Part shown: positions 46,720 to 55,457 of the stretch, piece after piece
Position numbering within the stretch: position 1 is the first letter of the stretch
Layout: each line of letters begins with the position of its first letter
Origin: a phage
Sequence record: PZ386952.1
DNA: 61,166 bases
Strand: one strand, 5' to 3'
Made by a program: the position numbers and the translations under genes
The notes under the pieces: generated by a model
What the model saw: only the letters and a program-made list of their open reading frames with translations
Databases searched by the model: none
What the model was told of the DNA's origin: nothing

Positions 46720-47039
46720 TCCTTAAGCTTGACTACTGTTCTATATCTAAGAAGCTGTGCAATACATTTATTCAATTCACTTATACGGAGTTTAATCCTG
46801 AGCTTTTTGCGCAATTGCCCAATATTATTAATTTTCAGTTTTTCTAACTCTTTTGTTAAATGGTTGAGAAGATTTAATTGGTAATCTAAAATAAACCCTA
46901 TTCTAAAATATGTGCTAGTAGACTTAGGCGGTATCACTCTAGGTAACACAGGAAAATTGTCAATGTTCATTCTATACCTCACAGTCTTTGATATTTTTAG
47001 GAATGAGAAAATATCGATTGTGTTTTGGAAAATTATCAC
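46716..47039 (-). CDS. hypothetical protein
   Basis: 107-aa ORF, start uncertain. Confidence 0.3.
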   Translation of the reverse strand: MIIFQNTIDIFSFLKISKTVRYRMNIDNFPVLPRVIPPKSTSTYFRIGFILDYQLNLLNHLTKELEKLKINNIGQLRKKLRIKLRISELNKCIAQLLRYRTVVKLKE

Positions 47040-47187
47040 TGCAACAATTACAAAGACCTCCCATTACATTTTGATTACCTACAGCATGTAAAGAACCGTC
47101 TAATCCGATAATAATTACGTCATTATCAATGTAACCAAATTCATCAACCGGAGCCTGTCCTTCAATAACTTCTAATTCAATTTTCAT
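46972..47187 (-). CDS. hypothetical protein
   Basis: ATG at 47187 with RBS GAGGTG (track start 47361); CNCC motif. Confidence 0.35.
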   Translation of the reverse strand: MKIELEVIEGQAPVDEFGYIDNDVIIIGLDGSLHAVGNQNVMGGLCNCCSDNFPKHNRYFLIPKNIKDCEV

Positions 47188-47195
47188 CTTACACC

Positions 47196-47270
47196 TCACA
47201 GAATGTACATAAACCAAAAATAACCAGCTACGAAAATAGCACCCGCAAATAATTTTAAAAGCTCGAACAT
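47196..47270 (-). CDS. 24-aa hydrophobic micro-ORF
   Basis: ATG with GGAGGG RBS 5 nt upstream; MFELLKLFAGAIFVAGYFWFMYIL; below ORF-track size cutoff. Confidence 0.3.
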   Translation of the reverse strand: MFELLKLFAGAIFVAGYFWFMYIL

Positions 47271-47428
47271 TGTTCCCTCCGTTAACTTTATGCTGTAAGT
47301 ATAGCAGGACTTGCGATGTATGCAACAACTTTAGACTTGAAATACATCTATAAAATAGCACGATTTGCCTTTACCTCTGATCCGTCTAGCTGTACTATTA
47401 ACCCATAAACAGAGCGGAGGATTACAAA

Positions 47429-47653
47429 ATGGTCATGCTGAATAAAGTATATAGCACAATGGGCGCGGATTATAAAGTTGTACGTCACCCGCGTACTGGT
47501 AAATTTGAAGCATACATCCGTCCAATGGGTGAAGGTTGGATGTATTACGGTACTTATGACGACGCTGAGCAAGCTTATAAAGAAGCGGAAAGTACAGCGG
47601 AAGCATCCGAAATTATGGCAAGGTACGACGTCGATGATTACTATCTCAACTAA
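47429..47653 (+). CDS. small hypothetical protein on opposite strand inside replication block
   Basis: 74 aa; strong RBS GGAGGA; followed by hairpin terminator; overlapping - strand ORF 47348-47656 is likely spurious. Confidence 0.5.
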   Translation: MVMLNKVYSTMGADYKVVRHPRTGKFEAYIRPMGEGWMYYGTYDDAEQAYKEAESTAEASEIMARYDVDDYYLN

Positions 47654-47657
47654 CAAT

Positions 47658-47677
47658 AAAGGGCCTTTCGGCCCTTT
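47658..47677. terminator. bidirectional terminator
   Basis: AAAGGGCC-TTTC-GGCCCTTT flanked by A-run and T-run. Confidence 0.65.
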
Positions 47678-47679
47678 AT

Positions 47680-50016
47680 TTATTTGCTTAAGTCTTTGAA
47701 AACACTCTCAATCGACTCGTCTATATACCATCCCAACCCCCTGAAATTACGCTTCAATGCATCCTCACGCGTAACCGGAACAAGCGCGCCCATGTCTACA
47801 AGTTGTTTGATAGTGAGGTCTGTTGCCGTACCTGCTCCCATCCTGTGATTCTTGAATGCTGCTAGCCCGTAGGTTCTGCGTGTGATAGTTGCCTTCGGAA
47901 TAATACCGTCAACGCGAAGCTCCTTACGATCACATGCAATTTTACCGCCAAGATAGTCTTTGCAGACCTGGCAAATAGCCTTCACGCGCGTTTCATCATC
48001 ACCACCAATAGTACCTTTTTCCCATGCGTTGATCATGATGTCCTGCCCATGCGTAACAAAATCTACCGCCCATTGCATGTGATTGGGCTGAACGACAGGA
48101 TTGATCCAGTTTTCCCCTACCGCTAGCAGGGACGCAAGGCGCAGAGCTTTAAGGTGCGCACGGTTCCATGGCTGACGAATAGCTTCGTCTTTAGTTGCGT
48201 TAATGTGTTCATCACACAACAAGTTAAACTCCCGCTCAATCCTTGCAGCTTCCGGGCTTAACTGGACGGTAACGGTCTGGAACTTCGCCATTGTTACTAA
48301 CGTGTGGTTAACAAGATGGCACACCATGTCCTTTAATTGCTGAGGCATTGTGATTTCAGGATTCTCGTTTGCAGGAACTCGATCCCCTTCATATTGCACA
48401 ATGTGGAAACGGGACAAGAAACCGTCTTCCATCATTTCACGTGTTAACGCTTCAAAGAATGTGTCCGGTGTTGTTTCGCCCAAAACGCTGAACGCCACCC
48501 CTTCCATTGTCTTGGTATTATTGGCCTTATCAGAATATCCAATACCGCCAACAACATCCATCGCACCAGATTTTTGATACACATCTGTAATAGTTTGCTT
48601 CAAGGTGTAGTTCGCAGTGCCTGGCTGAGCTGTCGCCATACCTTTAATGGTTTTACCAAACTCACCGTTAATATTCACAAACGAAGTATGATCCGCAAAA
48701 CTTTTACGCAAGGCAGGACCGGAAGCATAGTTAGTCATGTCTACAAATTCATGCACTTGCGGCAATTGCTCGCCTACCTGCTTACAAATATAACTGGGCC
48801 CAGCGTGAAGCATTTCTTTACCCACACCTGATCGGGCAATAAGCACAAAGTAACCGTTCAACCCTGTGTTGGTGATAGTATTCCACACCTTGCCGCATAC
48901 GCCGGACAAGAATGCTAACGATGCAGTGATTGCAATTTCTTTCACCGGACGCTGCGATGCTTTGTAGATATACTTCGCAAGCTCACCAGCAAGACCCGGC
49001 GGCCATTCAATAGCGGTTGCATCAATGGACGTGCTTTCAGCAACTACAATTTCACCAGACGGGCTAACTGTGGTTACAGGCATTTCCGTTACCTGCTGCA
49101 TTGTGCTGTGTGCGGCTTGCATACGGGCAGCGTAATCCCGCGCCAGCGCCGCTACGTTCTCCTGAGCAATGCGTTCACGCTCCATGCGACCGCGGCACAT
49201 ACGCAAACAACGGTCAATATGAACGTTGTTCTTGTTAGCCTTCTCACGTTTACCCAGTGCACTGTAACGGAATAAACGACGACATTGCTCATTACTTTCC
49301 GTATAAAAAGCATACATGGAAATAAGAGCAAGATCTGCTTCAGACTGGGAAGGGAATCCCATTTCAACCCATTCCCCGTTGAATAACCGTGCATACTTGT
49401 CACCGTTGTCTGCTTCCAGTGCCCGCTGGTGAATAGTTGCGTCGTCTTCTACTGGATCTTTTTCTACCAGTTCGATTTCATATGTCTTGCGCTGAAGATC
49501 AATTTCATTCACAAGCATAGTAAGATAATGATCACGTTCGGCAACTGGTTTGTTATAGACAGGATTGCCCGTGCAGATAATAAAACGCTCCTGACTATAA
49601 ACCTCGACACCATCACGTCGACGACCTTTACCGATGTTGCCTCTTAACCACAGGTGAACGCCCAATCCTGAGCGACTTACTTCGGTGTAAGTATCGAACG
49701 CGGTCATGATCTGTTCAAAGCGGCGCAACTGTTCCGGCGTCGTGTGCTTCTTGGGATCCGGTTCATTGGTTGCGTTCTTCACATCCAGATCGATGCAGGT
49801 GAACGGGTCTTGTGCAGTAAGCACGAAGCCGATGTAAGGTTTGTTGAAATGCGCGGCGCAACCTTTAGCAGCTTCAAATGTCATAAGCATATCCGGATCG
49901 GTAACGTCTGCCACCATCAAACGTCCGATATCGTTGTCCCACACAAGCGGCTTTTTATCCGCATCGGCGACCGCCCATTGTGGGAAAGCTTTAATTTCAG
50001 CGGGAAACAGTTCCAT
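47680..50016 (-). CDS. DNA primase (prim-pol N-terminal domain with C-terminal NTPase-like region)
   Basis: 778 aa; CIDLD and SGLGVHLW prim-pol-like motifs; RBS AAGGT. Confidence 0.6.
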   Translation of the reverse strand: MELFPAEIKAFPQWAVADADKKPLVWDNDIGRLMVADVTDPDMLMTFEAAKGCAAHFNKPYIGFVLTAQDPFTCIDLDVKNATNEPDPKKHTTPEQLRRFEQIMTAFDTYTEVSRSGLGVHLWLRGNIGKGRRRDGVEVYSQERFIICTGNPVYNKPVAERDHYLTMLVNEIDLQRKTYEIELVEKDPVEDDATIHQRALEADNGDKYARLFNGEWVEMGFPSQSEADLALISMYAFYTESNEQCRRLFRYSALGKREKANKNNVHIDRCLRMCRGRMERERIAQENVAALARDYAARMQAAHSTMQQVTEMPVTTVSPSGEIVVAESTSIDATAIEWPPGLAGELAKYIYKASQRPVKEIAITASLAFLSGVCGKVWNTITNTGLNGYFVLIARSGVGKEMLHAGPSYICKQVGEQLPQVHEFVDMTNYASGPALRKSFADHTSFVNINGEFGKTIKGMATAQPGTANYTLKQTITDVYQKSGAMDVVGGIGYSDKANNTKTMEGVAFSVLGETTPDTFFEALTREMMEDGFLSRFHIVQYEGDRVPANENPEITMPQQLKDMVCHLVNHTLVTMAKFQTVTVQLSPEAARIEREFNLLCDEHINATKDEAIRQPWNRAHLKALRLASLLAVGENWINPVVQPNHMQWAVDFVTHGQDIMINAWEKGTIGGDDETRVKAICQVCKDYLGGKIACDRKELRVDGIIPKATITRRTYGLAAFKNHRMGAGTATDLTIKQLVDMGALVPVTREDALKRNFRGLGWYIDESIESVFKDLSK

Positions 50017-50345
50017 TATTTACCTTCGTTAGCAATCACTTTTAACAGGGATGTAATCACATCCTTAACTTTATCAACAGTGTTGAAAGCTGTATCTAAC
50101 GTGGCATAAGTGCCAATATAATGATATTCGTCCATAACTCTGATAAATGCGCGATATGAAGTAGGCTCACCTTTTAATTCCGCCTGCTCATCCACAGGTT
50201 GACAATAAGCGCATACTTCCTCAGATTGCCCATCCCCTTGCCATGGAGCAGGAACTCGAAACGTTTCTTTACCCCTTAATGGAATTATTCTAGCCATAGA
50301 TCTGTTTCCTCCGCCATTCTTCGTATGCTGAATTATTTGCGTCAT
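50016..50345 (-). CDS. hypothetical protein
   Basis: 109-aa ORF. Confidence 0.35.
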   Translation of the reverse strand: MTQIIQHTKNGGGNRSMARIIPLRGKETFRVPAPWQGDGQSEEVCAYCQPVDEQAELKGEPTSYRAFIRVMDEYHYIGTYATLDTAFNTVDKVKDVITSLLKVIANEGK

Positions 50346-50589
50346 ATACTTCGCAAGCGTCTTTCATGCTGTCGTACAGTCCAAGGAAAGTTCGCCTTGT
50401 TTCCCCGCCTGCATCTACCCATGTTAATCGGGCGAGCCATTTACCCGTTTTGTAATCGAAAGTAACGCCCTCACGCCCGCTCACATTCTCCCGCGGCACT
50501 CGCGGTTTCCGGCGTGCAAGCCCGCGCCCTTTGAAGTTGCTCCCCGGCACCGTGCGGCACTTACGACCCACGACCAACCTCCGACACAA
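50290..50589 (-). CDS. AP2-like DNA-binding domain protein
   Basis: GVTFDYKTGKWLARLTWVDAGGETRRTFLGLYDS...ACEVYDA resembles AP2/integrase-type DNA-binding domain; start uncertain. Confidence 0.4.
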   Translation of the reverse strand: MCRRLVVGRKCRTVPGSNFKGRGLARRKPRVPRENVSGREGVTFDYKTGKWLARLTWVDAGGETRRTFLGLYDSMKDACEVYDANNSAYEEWRRKQIYG

Positions 50590-50776
50590 TCCGACCAGCG
50601 TGCAACATTAAGACAGGCTCTGCAACTTCGCGCACGTAAACGTAAACGTTAGCAATTTTAACTTCGCCCGGCAGTTTACCGCGCAGCGAACACAACTTGC
50701 GACGGCTAAGACCGAAGCGGTTTTCAATTTCTGATGTGGTTATGTATTTAAGATCAAATTCTTTTTGACAGTCCAT
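50561..50776 (-). CDS. small HTH-like DNA-binding protein
   Basis: 71 aa; ITTSEIENRFGLSRRKLCSLR helix-turn-helix-like segment; GGAGGT RBS; first gene downstream of large non-coding region. Confidence 0.4.
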   Translation of the reverse strand: MDCQKEFDLKYITTSEIENRFGLSRRKLCSLRGKLPGEVKIANVYVYVREVAEPVLMLHAGRIVSEVGRGS

Positions 50777-50882
50777 ACCTACCTCCTAACAGCACTATAC
50801 ACAATCCATAGTAATGCAGCCACAATTATTCCACATGAAGTTATGATGTGAGCGGATTGTTAATATATAACCACATGTGATG

Positions 50883-50975
50883 GAAAGTTTTGGGTAGGAA
50901 TAGTTGGTGCTCCACAGTTTGCACAATGTGACGGAAAGTTTTGTGAGTTTTGCAAAGTTTTGCGAAGTTTTGTGG
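50883..50975. repeat. iteron-like direct repeats (A)AGTTTTG
   Basis: Five copies, four of them at 9-11 bp spacing (50936-50974). Confidence 0.7.
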
Positions 50976-51129
50976 TGCCACTGTTGCTAAAAACTTTAAT
51001 AAAAACAATAAGTTGGTGCAGTAAGTTTTTGCGTTTTGGGGTAAAACGCATTTTTTACCCTAACACCCAAATCCCGACTGTTAGTAAAAAACGTATATAA
51101 ATCAATAGCATAGATACTAAATGAGTAGC

Positions 51130-51495
51130 GATTGGAATGGGTAGAAATCCAAATGATGGAAGTGGAATAAATTATTCCTACTTGATAGAATAATGGAATC
51201 GGTACTCCAGAGCGCAAAAACCTAAAACTTTCAGTCAACAGGCTAAAAACGGATAGAAACTAAAAGTTAATAAGTAATACCATAACTATATATAAAATAA
51301 GGATTTATTATTAATGTATATAGTACCTATTGGTATTATTTGAATGTTTTTTGGTCATTGTTAAAAAGTCCCAAAACTCACAAAAAGTGAAAGAATACAA
51401 TTCGTGACAGGATTGTTAATGGAATATGGTGTATGGATATACAGTATTATTCCAGATTCCGGAATAATTGGAATAATGGAATAAATTATTGAACT
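51130..51495. repeat. TGGAATAA direct repeats and 15-bp palindrome GGAATAA-A-TTATTCC
   Basis: Palindrome at 51164-51178; tandem GGAATAATTGGAATAATGGAATAAATTATT near 51461-51490. Confidence 0.7.
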
Positions 51496-51605
51496 ATTGT
51501 GATCGGAAGGTATATCAAGCTATAATGCGCTTAATCGCGGGATATTGGAGGAGGACTTTATTGCGCGGTTAACCGGACCAGTAGGAGGGCTGGCCCGGAA
51601 GTAGT

Positions 51606-51932
51606 TTAGAGCTGTACAGGTGTGAAGTGGGCTAGCGTACCGTCGGACATAACACCCGACAGTTTTTCGCTCACCCATTCGGACCAAATGCTATCCGGTT
51701 CCTGGCGGTGCACAAACCAGATTTCGGATGTGCCTTCTTTGCGCATCGGTTGTACTTCTACGAGGAACTTGTCCTGCATAAGGCGAGTGAAGCATACGCT
51801 GGTCATTGGAACCGGCTTTTCGTGTTTATTGTAATAAGGGATTAATATTTTATTTCCGAAGTCGGCAACTTCATAAACTGTTCCTTTGCGTAGACCCCGG
51901 ATGTCAGTGTAAGAGCGGATGAACGTTTTCAT
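51606..51932 (-). CDS. hypothetical protein
   Basis: 108-aa ORF. Confidence 0.4.
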   Translation of the reverse strand: MKTFIRSYTDIRGLRKGTVYEVADFGNKILIPYYNKHEKPVPMTSVCFTRLMQDKFLVEVQPMRKEGTSEIWFVHRQEPDSIWSEWVSEKLSGVMSDGTLAHFTPVQL

Positions 51933-51934
51933 GT

Positions 51935-52111
51935 TTATTTCCTTACGAACACAGAGCCGACAAATAATGTTGATTGAGTAGCAGCTTGCTCGATTAATTC
52001 GCCAACAAGCTGGGACTGCGTCAGAGGTTTAAGGTCTTCTTTGGCGCGTGCTTCATTTACACGGCGCTGAAGGTCTTTTAGGTATTGAGTTGCGAAGCCG
52101 TCTAATTGCAT
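51935..52111 (-). CDS. small hypothetical protein (58 aa)
   Basis: ATG with AGGAGT RBS; MQLDGFATQYLKDLQRR...; below ORF-track cutoff. Confidence 0.4.
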   Translation of the reverse strand: MQLDGFATQYLKDLQRRVNEARAKEDLKPLTQSQLVGELIEQAATQSTLFVGSVFVRK

Positions 52112-52168
52112 TTTCGTTACTCCTAGGGCTCCCGCAGAAGCCCGTTGGTTGAACAGTGTGGTTATAGA

Positions 52169-52783
52169 TTATGCGTCCAGTCCGTTGTATTTGCGCCAGG
52201 CGTAGAACTGAATGGCCACCGTTGTTCCGTTGTAAGAAGGCATTGCAGCTTTCATTTCTTTCAGCCCCGGCGTGCGGCCCAGTTCCTTCAGAAGTTTGTC
52301 GCCCATTGCCCACACTTCGGCGGTTTTTCCTTTGAGAGGCTTGCGAGCGCCATTTTTGAAATCACAGCGAGCAGCTTTTGCATTCTGTTTTGACGAGGCA
52401 GCTTTTGGCTCTTCAATTTTGATTTCAGAAACCTGCGTGGCAGCTTTTGCATGTTTCATATCTTTCTCTTCCTCCTGCTCCAGAGCTTCGAGGCAGCTTT
52501 TGACGATTTCCGGATTTACCATCGGGCGCAGTACCGAGACGCTGGCAGCTGGCGCGGCGGTCGGTGCCGGGACTTTCTGCTCAGGCTGTTGCGCTTTTTC
52601 ATGATCGCGCAGCACCTGAAGAACTTCCTTCTCGATAATGTAAAAACCGATCTCGTCCTGATGGATAAGCTGTTCGTGTGCGTCGCGTGCAACCTGGCCC
52701 CAGCGGGTCTTCAGGGCGCGGCGTGCATTCGTTTTCATGGTGTAGCGCATTTTGTCCTGTTCGCGGTGAGTTACTTTAGACAT
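52169..52783 (-). CDS. hypothetical protein
   Basis: ATG at 52783 with AAAGGAG RBS (track start 52843); Ala/Pro/Lys-rich middle. Confidence 0.4.
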   Translation of the reverse strand: MSKVTHREQDKMRYTMKTNARRALKTRWGQVARDAHEQLIHQDEIGFYIIEKEVLQVLRDHEKAQQPEQKVPAPTAAPAASVSVLRPMVNPEIVKSCLEALEQEEEKDMKHAKAATQVSEIKIEEPKAASSKQNAKAARCDFKNGARKPLKGKTAEVWAMGDKLLKELGRTPGLKEMKAAMPSYNGTTVAIQFYAWRKYNGLDA

Positions 52784-52856
52784 GGTATAGCTCCTTTCGT
52801 TAAAGTTAGTTTGCTTATTATTGCCCACCGTGATAGTAGGCAATGTATAAGAAAAC

Positions 52857-53105
52857 TTATTGCACGATTGCTACGAAATCGGCGGTTGCGATATCCATGC
52901 TTGCGAAAGCAACGATGCCATAGTCGGTGTCGTTTTCGGCGTTAAACGCTTTGAGGAACTGCTGTACCGCTGCTTTATGGTTAAGCGTTACGTCGATAGC
53001 ATAGTCCCAGCTATAGACTTTGCGCTTGCCAAAACCTTTAACTGCAATGCGAGCGCCTTTAGTGTTGGTTGGTGCCAAAAATTTGGTGACGATAGAAGTA
53101 GCCAT
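52857..53105 (-). CDS. hypothetical protein
   Basis: 82-aa ORF. Confidence 0.4.
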   Translation of the reverse strand: MATSIVTKFLAPTNTKGARIAVKGFGKRKVYSWDYAIDVTLNHKAAVQQFLKAFNAENDTDYGIVAFASMDIATADFVAIVQ

Positions 53106-53174
53106 GATGTATATCCTCGTTTTGTTTAAGTTGACTTATTATTGCCCAGTCAGATCAACTAGGCAAGATATAAA

Positions 53175-53327
53175 TCACTTAATTTGTACCAAATCGTATT
53201 CTTTGTAAATTTCGCTAATGTACATATCGAACTGGCCCATTAAGAAGATTTCGGCTTCCTCCCAGCTTGGAGCAGATACATAACCAGCTATTTTACCGGA
53301 CTCGAGTTCCACTAATTTGAATTCCAT
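53175..53327 (-). CDS. small hypothetical protein
   Basis: ATG at 53327 with AAGGG RBS; TGTGGTTAAG copy lies just upstream on + strand. Confidence 0.3.
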   Translation of the reverse strand: MEFKLVELESGKIAGYVSAPSWEEAEIFLMGQFDMYISEIYKEYDLVQIK

Positions 53328-53570
53328 GATGTAACCCTTAATGTGGTTAAGCAGTATTGCTTTGTTGAAGTAATAATAGCCTTGCATCGTGATATTGAAT
53401 AGGCCAAAAGTGCTATTTTGATATTGTTTTGCATCTAGTGAAATTTATGCTTGCCCTGCATGTTTAGCACTAATGGCCTAACTAACATCACACCATCTGG
53501 AGTATTCGCGCGGGCGCACACATACATATAAAGCTGCCAAATATTTTTTATAAAAAGATGCAAAAAGGTG

Positions 53571-53599
53571 TAGACACATGATCGGTCTAGCGCTACTAT
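53571..53599 (+). promoter_or_regulatory. candidate sigma70-type promoter for + strand early-type gene block
   Basis: TAGACA, 17-nt spacer, TACTAT; ~50 nt upstream of ATG at 53649; lies in divergent intergenic region. Confidence 0.3.
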
Positions 53600-53648
53600 A
53601 TACACATACCGCAAGGGTACTACAAATTAACTTAAAGGGGTTTACATC

Positions 53649-53933
53649 ATGTCCATTGTTACTATGTCATTCTTCGACCATTGCAATAACGAAAAACAAA
53701 TTATCGTTAACCTGCAAAAAGGATCTGTTGTTGCACGCAATGCAAACCGCCAATGCATCGCGCTAACCGATTTCGCATTCCGCCTTAACGTGGACAACGC
53801 CACCGCTAAAAATATCGTTCACGATACAGCGTTGGAAGCTGCCCACGCTGCGAAGGATAAAGGTATCCGCGCCGCACGCGAAATCATGCACAAGGCGCTC
53901 GGCATTACGTTCTTCATTGGCGTTAAGGGGTAA
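53649..53933 (+). CDS. hypothetical protein
   Basis: 94-aa ORF, RBS AAAGGGG; first gene of + strand block. Confidence 0.45.
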   Translation: MSIVTMSFFDHCNNEKQIIVNLQKGSVVARNANRQCIALTDFAFRLNVDNATAKNIVHDTALEAAHAAKDKGIRAAREIMHKALGITFFIGVKG

Positions 53934-53938
53934 CTACT

Positions 53939-54079
53939 ATGGCACGCAAATACACGCTTACACGCGAACAGCACGCGTTATTGATTGCAGCAATGCGCGC
54001 AGAATATGCAGTACACGGCTGGCATAGCGCCATGATGCGAGGTAAAAGCATATATGCGGACATATGCTCTCAAGAATAA
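53939..54079 (+). CDS. small hypothetical protein (46 aa)
   Basis: ATG with AAGGGG RBS; MARKYTLTREQHALL...; below ORF-track cutoff. Confidence 0.35.
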   Translation: MARKYTLTREQHALLIAAMRAEYAVHGWHSAMMRGKSIYADICSQE

Positions 54080-54641
54080 CGCACACAGCAGCACCACAGC
54101 GAGCTAAAGCTCAAAGGTAATGGTAATGCATTACTAACACACAACGAGCGCGCTTTACCCCAAAAAGCGGCGCTAATTTCAACACTCACAAGCTGTACGT
54201 TAACGCGTACGGCTTGCTCTGCTATATGCGCCATGTATATAGCTAGCTCACGATATACATCAATATAATGACGAATGAAATAGATTTGTTTGGAAGAATA
54301 ACGGATCTTACAGTCACAGACAGGTCCAATGAGCTGACTCATAGACCCCACCTAGGATCATCAGGGTACTAATAATCACCCGAGGGCGCCTTATCCATCC
54401 TGATAGTAAGTGCTTGCCTAAATCTCACCTATCACCTCACTATCCACCTACATCCATGACCCCACCTACCTTCTTTTTGAATATATTGCGCTCATCCTTT
54501 CTAAATATATGGATTTTGGTAGTAAATTCTAAGTCGTCAACGTATAATTCGTCTTGTAGCTGCTCCATAGCTACCATCTTTGAGCGGATGCAACCAATTT
54601 CTATCAATTCACACCTGTTTTAGAGCATCAAGGAGGTATTT
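54080..54641 (+). other. palindrome-rich non-coding region
   Basis: GTAATGCATTAC (54123-54134), ACGTTAACGCGT (54198-54209), GCTATAT...ATATAGC (54221-54243), CACCT x5 (54424-54470); internal ORFs (54070-54351 -, 54414-54623 +) look spurious. Confidence 0.5.
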
Positions 54642-54893
54642 ATGTGCGACTCCAGTGCAAGCGCTACACCCAGCACCTCCAGCAATGTGGTTACAGAGGT
54701 AAATGCAATGCGATTAGGTCCATATCGCGGCTATTATGGTCGTGCTGCATGGAATGACGCTACTCAACGTTTTGAAGGCTGGATTATCTGTCCGGAACGT
54801 GTTAAATTTCACTCCGTAAAAGAGAAAAATATCGTTCTTAATTTTCAAAAATGTGTCACTAAATATGTAGAGGAGCAAGAAGAATGCGTGTAG
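54642..54893 (+). CDS. hypothetical protein
   Basis: 83-aa ORF with RBS AAGGAGG. Confidence 0.45.
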   Translation: MCDSSASATPSTSSNVVTEVNAMRLGPYRGYYGRAAWNDATQRFEGWIICPERVKFHSVKEKNIVLNFQKCVTKYVEEQEECV

Positions 54894-55162
54894 AAGAGAT
54901 TGTTAAAGGTAAAGAGTATCGTTTACTGGCTGATATTGGCGGTGTTGGGTATAGTCCGGGCGATGGTGTTGAGTTCCGGGAACTGAAAGCTGGTTCTATT
55001 GTTACTGTTAATAAGGTGGTGTTTGATCTGCATAGCCTTTTCGGGCAGTGGAACCATACTGTAATTGTTAGCCAGGGTGACGATAAATACAATGAAGAAG
55101 AGGATGCTTACGAAATCAGTTATACTGGTCTTGTAGGCGCCAATTTCCTGGAGAAAGTGTAA
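54884..55162 (+). CDS. hypothetical protein
   Basis: 92-aa ORF overlapping previous stop. Confidence 0.4.
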   Translation: MRVEEIVKGKEYRLLADIGGVGYSPGDGVEFRELKAGSIVTVNKVVFDLHSLFGQWNHTVIVSQGDDKYNEEEDAYEISYTGLVGANFLEKV

Positions 55163-55212
55163 TTATCAATCTATAATGGGCTCTACGGAGCCCTTAATTA
55201 TCTGGAGGAGAT

Positions 55213-55455
55213 GTGTTTCCGCGGAACGGTTTAAAGTGGACTGCAAGGGATCTTGCTTTGCTAAAGGTTAACGCTGGCAAGATTTCGGCGGAAGAAATAG
55301 CTTACTATCTTAGAAGAGACGTTGAATCTGTACATATCAAAGCAAGTAGGCTAAAGTTGTCCTTAGTAACAAACAGATGCAAGCGCGGGCACGAACGGGT
55401 ATACCGCAAAGGGCGCTGGCGCTGCAATGAATGTCGTAAACTTAAAGGGTACTGA
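55213..55455 (+). CDS. small basic protein with Cys/His cluster (putative DNA-binding)
   Basis: 80 aa; C-terminal CKRGHERVYRKGRWRCNEC. Confidence 0.35.
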   Translation: MFPRNGLKWTARDLALLKVNAGKISAEEIAYYLRRDVESVHIKASRLKLSLVTNRCKRGHERVYRKGRWRCNECRKLKGY

Positions 55456-55457
55456 CT

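Noticed and set aside
50883-50975. Possible CRISPR array from the short direct repeats
   Set aside because: Repeat units are only 7-9 bp with irregular short spacers and no repeat-spacer architecture; better read as iterons or binding sites.
2786-53351. Interpreting the TGTGGTTAAG copies as DnaA boxes
   Set aside because: The reverse complement CTTAACCACA differs from the TTATNCACA consensus at the invariant fourth T, and most copies share one strand; similarity is too weak to assert.
24166-53387. Integrase, excisionase or repressor indicating a temperate lifestyle
   Set aside because: No tyrosine or serine recombinase motifs or CI-like repressor were seen; the small HTH and AP2-like proteins alone do not support lysogeny.
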